NCBI GenBank assembly: GCA_024704765.1
Contig: JAKMXF010000112.1
Coordinates: 1 to 20,527 of the forward strand
Direction: 5' to 3'
Source of the DNA: Oopsacas minuta
Taxonomy: Eukaryota > Animalia > Porifera
DNA: 20,527 nt
Shown here: in pieces, positions 9,501-18,500 of the stretch
Layout of the letters: each line of letters opens with the position of its first letter
How positions within the stretch are numbered: position 1 is the stretch's first letter
The notes under the pieces: model-generated
The model's input: the letters and a program-made list of their open reading frames with translations, nothing else
The model's database searches: none
What the model was told of the DNA's origin: nothing
Position numbers and translations under genes: made by a program

Positions 9501-12500
9501 ATAATTTCATTCTACAAATATTTCAGGTAAGGCCAGTTGATCAATCAACTCCCAACATATGACTTCCTGCCCAACAATAATACATTTTCGTAGTCTAACT
9601 TTAGCGGATTAGGAGATACCATGGAAACACAATGGACATAAGTTACAGGACCGAGCTGGCAGCCCACAGTCCTTTATTATTGTAGTCTATGCTGAGTAGT
9701 AATAAATTTATTTTTCGTCAATACAAACGGTAATAACGTTATCTTGCAAGAGGTATAAATTCAGTAGAATACGTGATTTTATATAGAGTAGAATTCGGAT
9801 AAGACCTATCCTTCGGGAGCAAAAATTTGTACGTACTATACTAACTTAAGTACGTCTTAAACTAATATTCTTCCTATACAATTAATAGCAAAAGAATAGA
9901 ATATCCGTTTTGGAGAAAAGTACGTACTAATCGAGTTCTACTATATTAGATAGTAAACTATTCCCATGATATATTATAGAAAAGTATTCGTAGGAACGAA
10001 TTTATTGGAGTGGGAAGTAATTAAAAGATAAAATACAAAGTTACTTACGGTTGGTTCAATAGATAGAGTAGTCTTAGAAACAACTTCTGGTGCCATATAG
10101 CCAGGTGTACCCATTACAGCTCCCAATTTATTCCCCATATTTGAGTACATATATACGAGTCTATAATCTGCGATTTTTAAACGTACACGATCATGTTCAA
10201 TGGGGTCATTTACAGAGGGAAGAGGGTAGCTCCATACCAGTAAATTGTTAGGTTTTAAATCCATATGTATAATTTTTAACTCCTCGTGTAAATAAAGAAG
10301 ACCAATACATAATTCTTCTAAAGTTTTCAGAATGATGTCATACTGGATGTAAGAGTTATGATCTATATATTTTTCTAATATATCCTTCAAACTTCCTAGA
10401 GGGGCCAATTCAAAGATTAAATAAAAATAAGTTTCGAAACCAACACTCAATAGTTGTACAACATTAGGATGTTCTAACTTGATGCAAAAAGACATTTCAT
10501 TTAGTATAGCTGAATGCATCTCAAGTAACTCTTGCTCGGAATATTTTTCTTCCTTAAGGAAATATAGAAAATTTTCAGCTTTTTGGTCAGGATATTTTAC
10601 AAGAAATTTGAGAGCAACTGTCTCATTTTCATCACATGAGCTAATTTCTGGGCCTCCATCATCTTCATTAATAATTGTATGAATGTTGCAAAGAGTAGTT
10701 TCTAAAGGGGTCAATGTTCCTTTGCACACTAAACCAAATCCACCTACACCTAAAATATCTTTAGAAAATATTTCCATTTTGTAATTTTTTCGAGCATTTT
10801 TATTCATGTGAACAAAATAGAGATCAGGGCAAACAATCATAAAATTCATCCAATTATGTATTGGACATATTTTCCTATTTCCTCCGTAAAAGAAATTAAT
10901 ACATTCTTCAGATGAGAATATATTTACTCGCTTTTTCCCATAGTATACATAACTACCACCCATGTTACTTACGGCCCTGATTGATGTTTCTATTTCGTCC
11001 AAGTCTTCGATTCCTCTTGAGCATTTCTGGCAGGGAGTATAGAAAATCAAAGGATCTCTTTTACTATCTTCGGTTGATACAAAATGAGCTATATTCTTGT
11101 ACCAATTGTTAAGGAGAGTCTTATAATGAGCTGAGAGCTTATGCAACAATATAGCAGCATCTGGAAGCACGTTCTTAATGTTATCAATAATTTGAATTTG
11201 ATCAGGGTGGCTAAGTTCCATAGAATTTTCACAAGAATTGCTTGTATCAATACTAAATACAGACCAAACTAGGAGATTGACGTAAACATGTATGGAAAAA
11301 TAATGTTTTATTAGACCAGGAATTTTGTCATAGCGATTAATTTTGCTTGATTCGACCAATAAAACCTCAAACAGAGTACAACCTTTGTAATGTATTTCAA
11401 AGGTAGATTTTGAGAGAAAATATTTGATACTTGTATATGATTTGGGGAGCCAAATATTAAATAGTTCTTGTATTGTCTTATCTCCTCTTAGTTGTGAGAT
11501 AAAACGAGCCCAAAACCCAGAAGGAACATGATCAAGAAACCATAATCTCTCTAAGTGGTATAAATCAAAATCAATATTTTCAAGATTCCTAAAGTCCATC
11601 ATTGTTCGCTCAGAATAAATAGGACGGTCAGGTAAAAATGAAGGAACTAAAATCTGATCATTGTCAATTTTCAAAACTACTTCACATTTTTCCAATAATT
11701 CAACATATGTATCAAGATGTGTATAAGAGACAGGTCCATTCACAAAATTGCTGGTTTTTATCATTCAAGTACGATTTTAGTTGATATCTATCAACAATTC
11801 CGGTATCGAGTAATTTAAGTAAAAAGGTTTCATTATTATTCTTAGATTGGTAAGTAGGCCGAATGTGATGATCTCGAATTAGAATTGTCATACTCTTAGA
11901 TAACCACTGTGGGTCCAAGAAATATATTTCTCTAAGGCGAGTTGTCTCAAAATTTAAAACAAGTCCTAAATGATGAAGATACTCCAAACCATCTTGCAAT
12001 AAATCTTTTTCCTTGAAAAGCTCTGTCCCAATCGTAGTCCACAGTTCCTCAAAATTAACAAAAGGAGGCAGATTATTTTTCTTCATTTCTTTAGCTTTCA
12101 CAACGATACAAGTTTCTAACCTTTTGTAAATTTCTGGAACCTTCTGGTTAATGAACGCATTCGGGTGTCTGGCGTCTAATTTGGGCTTGTATGTAACCTG
12201 ACTGTTTGTATTCCCAACATGAAGATGTGAAGCTACTTCGAATATAGCCTTCTTCAAGCCTTTTACTTGTTCTTTATTGCTTGCTATTAGTCCAGGTTTA
12301 CATGTTATAAAACATATATCTGCTATCCTTGGAAATGGACCTTTATCTGGGTGATATTTTATCAAAATCTCTTGAGCAAGATTCTAAAATAAAATGATGA
12401 AATTATTAGAAAGTTAGCAGAATGCATAGCCTACCATCAACCTCGAATTTTTGGACTAGGGATATAGTAGTGTACCGTGTACGGTAAGTATTATAATAGT

Positions 12501-15500
12501 ACAGTGCATGTCGGTTATGAGAACATCGTCGGGAACTGGACATAATGTTCTTATATCCAACATGTACTTATAACCGGTATGTAGTAAATTATGGGTGCCG
12601 GTTATGAAAACATTCATTTAAACAGAATTGGATTTAAGAACAGTATTATGGTAAACTGTTCTTATTAACTACTGTAGAATTTATACAAATTCTGCAGACA
12701 TACCGGTAATAAGAACCAATTAGACTACTACTCTAAGAGTGTTCTTATAATAGGTAAATGCTATTGGGGTATATGGCAACCGTTTTCCAGTGAAATGTTC
12801 ATATATCCAGCATGTTCTTATAACCGGGAATAATTCCATGTAAATCAAGTTTGGTTCTTATAACCGGCATAATTTTGCCATAATAAAGTTGGCAGGTTCT
12901 TGAGTTACAGTAGTGACCATGGATGACAATAATTTGTTAATATCCATTTATAAGTCGAAACCATCAATGATATAACAAAACTCACGATTTATAGTATATA
13001 CCCGATTTTCGGTACCTTTATAAGACAGTTTGATATGATATCTACAAGGATTATTGCATAGTCATCAATAATGCCATATATGGTAATATTCAGGATTGCG
13101 TCATTATCGTAGGAGATATCATATCAAAATGTACTACGTATAAGGGTATGGGAAATCGGTATATACTATAAATCGGCAATAGTGAGTTTTGTTATATCAT
13201 TGAGGATTTTCGAATTATAAATGGAAATTGACAAATTATTGCCATCCATGGTCACTACTGTAACTCAAAAACCTGCAAACTTTATTATGACAAATTATTT
13301 AAGTTTCATCTCTACATCATTTCGTACATTAACTCTGAAATCAAAGATGAGATATTTAACGTTTGATAGCTCATCAAAAATTGGGCAATTTTCTCCAAAG
13401 AATGCTTATTAATTAAGCAAAAGAAATTGACACATTATTTGGTTAAATCAGACTTGGTAACAAGAGGACTTGAATTGAACTTCAAATTTTAATAATGAAC
13501 AGTCATGAATCAAATTTGAATATATTAAACGATTTAATCAAATATCTGCTATTAACGAGTCGGATTCAACTTAAATCCGACTTGGTAAGTAAGTAGACTC
13601 TAATTGAACTTTTGATAATGAATGGGGGATAGATAAAAAAACATACTTGCAAGCTTTCTTGCTCAATTTCATCAATATGTGTCCCAACTAGTAACACAGG
13701 ACAACCAGGCGCCATCATCTCCAAGCTCTTAAGCCAACCTTCCAGTTCTGATATTCCCTTCTGTCTGTCACAGGCTCGGAACACTAAGAGATAGACAGAA
13801 CGAGGAGAGAGAAAACAGTGGAGGGTGGGATAATAGTCTTGTTGCCCAGCAAAATCCCATACTTCAAACTCGATCTTTTGTAATTTGTCGTCTGGGTTAA
13901 TTAGATCCCATTTGTTGATGTCAATACCCTCAGTGCTGTGTATATCATTAATTCTTTTCGATTGTAAGGTTTTAAGGAGGGTAGTTTTTCCTGTACCATG
14001 ATATCCCACTAATGCTAATTTAAATCTACGGTTAAGATGGCACTTTGTCCCAATAGATCTCAAAATGTTGAGGACAACAGGAAGGGATACTTCTTCATGA
14101 ATCCCCTCCAATTTTAAGTTGTCTCTACGTAGTGACTGTAACTTTTTATAGATCTACACAAAAAGAAATCGTTATGTACTAATTTAAATATCGAAATTGA
14201 TATCTCCATATTCGATTACCCCTGGCAAACGGTTCTCATATATATTGTATATTTTTGCTGATTCTACCAAACATACTGGTAATACGAACAAATTTTACTA
14301 CTTTTCAAAGAGTGTTCATATAACAGGCATAAAATATATTGGGGTATATGGCAACCGGTTTCCAGTATAATGTTCTTATAACAGGTTTAAACTATATGGA
14401 TTAGAGTACAAAAGATTCCGTGAATCAAGTCAAGGTTCATATAACCGGCATGTTCTTATAACTGGTATCTACTGTATCGGAATTAGAATCTACATCCTCG
14501 ATTACCCCTGACTACCCGCGAAAAAGTGATAAAATTACACTTCATACAAATTCATACTCAAAATGTACGTGTACCAATTTTCATGTTGATAGGGCTGTTA
14601 GATTTAGCAAGGCCGCGGGCTGGCACTAAAAATCACTACTCTATAAAGGATGTAATTTAAAATCAACGAGTCTTTGGCTCGTCGCTTTGCGATGAACTCA
14701 GCGTATTGCGCCTCGAGGTATTCAACAGACAAACAAACAAACAACATTTGAGATTTAATAATATTGATGTTTTTTACATTCAGGCTCAGCATACTTGATT
14801 ACTTCAGTATGGTCGTTGAAAGTATGATTCTACAACAATATTGAAATTTGTTTACTTTATATTCATAAAAACAACAATAAATTTACATATGATTAATCCA
14901 AAAATGTGAAAATCGGATTCAGCATGTTCGATATAATAAGTGAAGTTTTAGTGAATTCTATTTACTTGCTTGATAAACACGATAAATACATAGTTATGCG
15001 ACAATTTCAAATTGCATACCATAAATCCTTTCCTTGACAACGGACAAACAAACAAACAAACAAACAAACAAACGAACAGACAGACAACAATTGAGATTTA
15101 ATAAAATAGATTCTTCTAAACATTTAGAATGCAGTAAATGAGGAATCAGAATATTCTCGCGGTACACTGAGCGATGGAGTCCTATTAGCCACGACGAATC
15201 CTTAAACCATGAAATTTGTTTACACGAAATTTCCAGATCTACAGGATATAAAAGTAATAGAAAATTGCAAGAAGACTAAGTAACCTTAAGATTCCCGAGT
15301 TCTTTAGGTAATTCTCTTAAATTTGGATTGTCACTAATATCAAGGGTTTCGAGGTTCTTTTGGTAACCAATGCGAGGAGGAAGTCCTAGCAGATTGTTTT
15401 CGTGGAGGTGGAGATATTTGAGGGAAGGAAAATATGGAATTTCTTTATCATCTTCCTCTCCTACATCATAGAGTGAAATTATGAGTAATATAGATAGAAA

Positions 15501-18500
15501 AAATCTATGTTAAAAAAGTTATGATGGACACACTGTCTACATAAACATTTGGTCATAAGTTACCTATGATATGTACGTACATAGCAGATCATAAATACAT
15601 ATAGATACTTATGCGTAATCAATTTTACATATTTCAGTGCAAACCTTTATCGCCATAATTTTTCTGTATAAACCCATTCAAAATTATAACTCCTCTCGTG
15701 GAATCCAATCACAAGCCATGGACCTCTTGGGATTCCATAGATCAGGGCGGTACAAGCGGTGCGGCAGGTTCTACGAGCGGCATATACAGTAGACTCTGGT
15801 TAATACGTACACCGGGGGGCTGTCAAAATTCCTACTCCTTATCCGGAGTACTATTAACCGAACTAATTTACATCGAAAAGGCATCGAAGGGGACTGATAA
15901 AGTGTACAAAATTGTACTTCTTATCCGGAGTTACGCCTTAGTCGTGTTCGTATTAACGAGACTCTACTGTAGTTCCAAAAATTGCAGGGCTGTGTTACAC
16001 CATAGACTACTATACATATAATAGAAATAGGAAAGTAGCCGAGCAACGAAAAAATGAGAGGCCAGTTTGATAAAGCGCTCACGTATCGTTCTTCTAATCG
16101 AATCTATTACGATAATTTGAGAATCCCCATAGTTGAAACTCCGTCAGAGAAAAGCCCGTTCCTTCATCAGGTTATATCCTTTATGTAAAGTGTATCCTTA
16201 CCCCTCGTGCTTCGCGATTAGAATTTGTTGCCATTTTGTTAAATAAAATGAAAACAGTGCACAAAGCGATTTATTCTGTGAACACAGATAATTTAAGTAT
16301 TAACACATGATAGTGTTAATACATAAGAAGCAGTATGTATTAGCAAATTAGTGCTAATTAGACCAGACTAAATATCCGGTGACGAATATTCGGGCAAAAA
16401 TTCTACCATTCCGGCACACTTATCAAACTGATAATATTTTATCCAGGGGCGGGCATATCTGCCACAACATTGACATTAGAACTGCACTAAATGTGAATTA
16501 AAGTGAATAAAAAGAATTACAGGGTGTCCAGAAATTAATGTCACCTTACATTATGTTAAGAATAAGAAAATACCAGTGTACTATTGAATTCATTTATTTC
16601 CCAATATAACCACCCTCCAATTCTAAACATTTTCTAATTCTATTGGGCATCCCTACAGCTAGATTCTCGAGGCAAGATGGATCACTGTTGGACCAGTCTG
16701 TGGGGTGGAGCACCATCTTGCATCAATGTGGCCTTCAACGGGTCTGCTATCATTCTCTTTTCGAGTATTGTCCCTGTTTTTCGTTTGCGGTTTAGTGCAT
16801 CTTTACAGGTTTTGGTCAGTATTTCAGACACATAATAAGAAGCATTCACAGTTCGTTTGGGTGGCACAAGGTGTAATTCTGATAGTGTCTGATGGCTCAT
16901 CATGCCCCACACCATGATTTTCTGCGGGAATTTAACCGTTTCCTGAGGGAGAATATCTGAAGAATCATCACACCAGACACGATCATTTTGATGATTGGAT
17001 GAATGGAAAAGTTCGAAAGGTGACTCATCTGTCCAGAGAATACATTTCCAATCATCTACTGACCACACACTATACTTTTGACAGAATTCCAGTCTGTTTT
17101 CCTTTTGCTTTCCGGTAAATTTTGGCTGTTTAGGTCGTTTGAAGGCCTTAACTCCCAGGGATTTGGATAAATATGAGTGCACAGTGCTCTTGGATATAGA
17201 ATACCCTTTAGATTTCAGTTTAGCACTCAATCTTCTTGTGGATTGGTGACGTTTTCCAAGAGATTTGCCAATAATCATCTTGGCCACCGGATTCAGCAAG
17301 GATAGGTGACCGGCACCAGGTTTATGGCCGAGGCTCTGGTTGCTGATAAATCTCTTCCACCACCGTTTGAACGTGCGAATATCCTTCCCTATCCTACTAG
17401 CAACTACTTTCTGAGTTAGTCCACCTTCCAGCATGCCTATTGCGCGTGTACGAACCTCAGTGCTCATAATAATAACGTTAATCAGTTGAAAATATATAGT
17501 AAAATGAAAATCGAAGCAAAAGTCGCAATAAAAGTAAATTTTATAATGTATTTCAGTAAACAGAGATGAATACTGCATAAAATTTACGAAATAGTGTATT
17601 AAGGCATATACGTACTAGTGCTAATCAATATATGGTCAGTTAAAAAAAATATTATAAGGTGACAACAATTTCCGGACACCCTGTATAAGAATCGTGCACT
17701 TACCAAGTATTATGTTTTCTAAATTTTTGTTTCCATTTAAATATAATTCGCTAAGAAAGAAGAATTTCTCATGTCGATGTTTTAGATGATCACAGAGACC
17801 TTGATGTACTAGATTAATAGAAGAGGCAAAACAGGGAGTGTTCTCTTCAGAAAATATTATTTGCTTAATCCCACAACCAGAGTAATCAAGATATCGGAGG
17901 AACTTCGGCAAAAAGCGCAAGTCAAGGTAGGTAATATTTTTGTTATCTTTAACATTTAACCTAAGCAGTTTCGGAGTTATACATACTAGCCCATTCGGCG
18001 GGTTCTTGAGTTGATTTCCAGATAGCTTAAGCTCTCTTAAGCGACAATAATCCTCACCCACCTTAATGCCCTCCAAAATTTTGGTTTGGTTTGTGTCTTC
18101 CTGATCACCTATGTTGTAGCTAGCGCAGTCTTTACAGGGGTACTCAATTTCTTCAATTTTGTTGTCTGCTAAATCTAAATTCATTAGTTTAAATAACATC
18201 CAAATTTCAGATGGCACTCTCTTAATCTCGTTGTTTGACATATTTAGATCAGAGGTTTCTTTTAGATACTGAATGTATCGTGGGATAAAAGTCAATTTAT
18301 TTTTTTGAAGATTGACATCTCTCAACTTAGTAGTGAAGTCTTTAATACCTAATTCATCAAATTTATTATCTTCAACAAAATCTAATTTGTTCATAGCGAG
18401 AGAAAGTTTTTCTAATTTCTTATGGCAAATTATCCATAGAGGGATAATCCCCTCGAGACAGTTTGAACTGATATTTAATACTTTCAACGAGGGCAATGGT

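Larger units (their letters stand above)
7795..9693. repeat. 168-bp inverted repeat pair (7795-7962 and 9526-9693) bracketing 1.56 kb of nested repeats
   Basis: By-eye alignment gives about 13 mismatches in 168 bp with no gaps (~92%). No target-site duplication is evident. Confidence 0.9.

Noticed and set aside
11712-11764. Programmed ribosomal frameshift, true pseudogenising frameshift or micro-intron between the two overlapping COR ORFs
   Set aside because: No slippery heptamer or suitable GT-AG pair; the offset is fully explained by the exact 19-bp Tn5 mosaic end.
15239-15284. 46-nt intron as the main splice path
   Set aside because: It leads to a stop after 17 codons, while the 14153 acceptor gives a continuous LRR-to-ROC frame. 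Kept only as a possible alternative isoform.
4113-16021. Small ORFs 4113-4355, 6075-6296, 7004-7231, 8393-8632, 13221-13412, 14604-14792 and 15698-16021
   Set aside because: They fall in or across non-coding repeats, palindromes or MITEs and show no protein-family signal.
17636-17703. C-terminal tail of the 518-aa ORF (KCTILIQGVRKLLSPYNIFFN) as the normal end of a separate LRR gene
   Set aside because: It is read-through past a consensus GTAAGT donor into the transposon TIR; exon B continues the LRRs in the matching phase.
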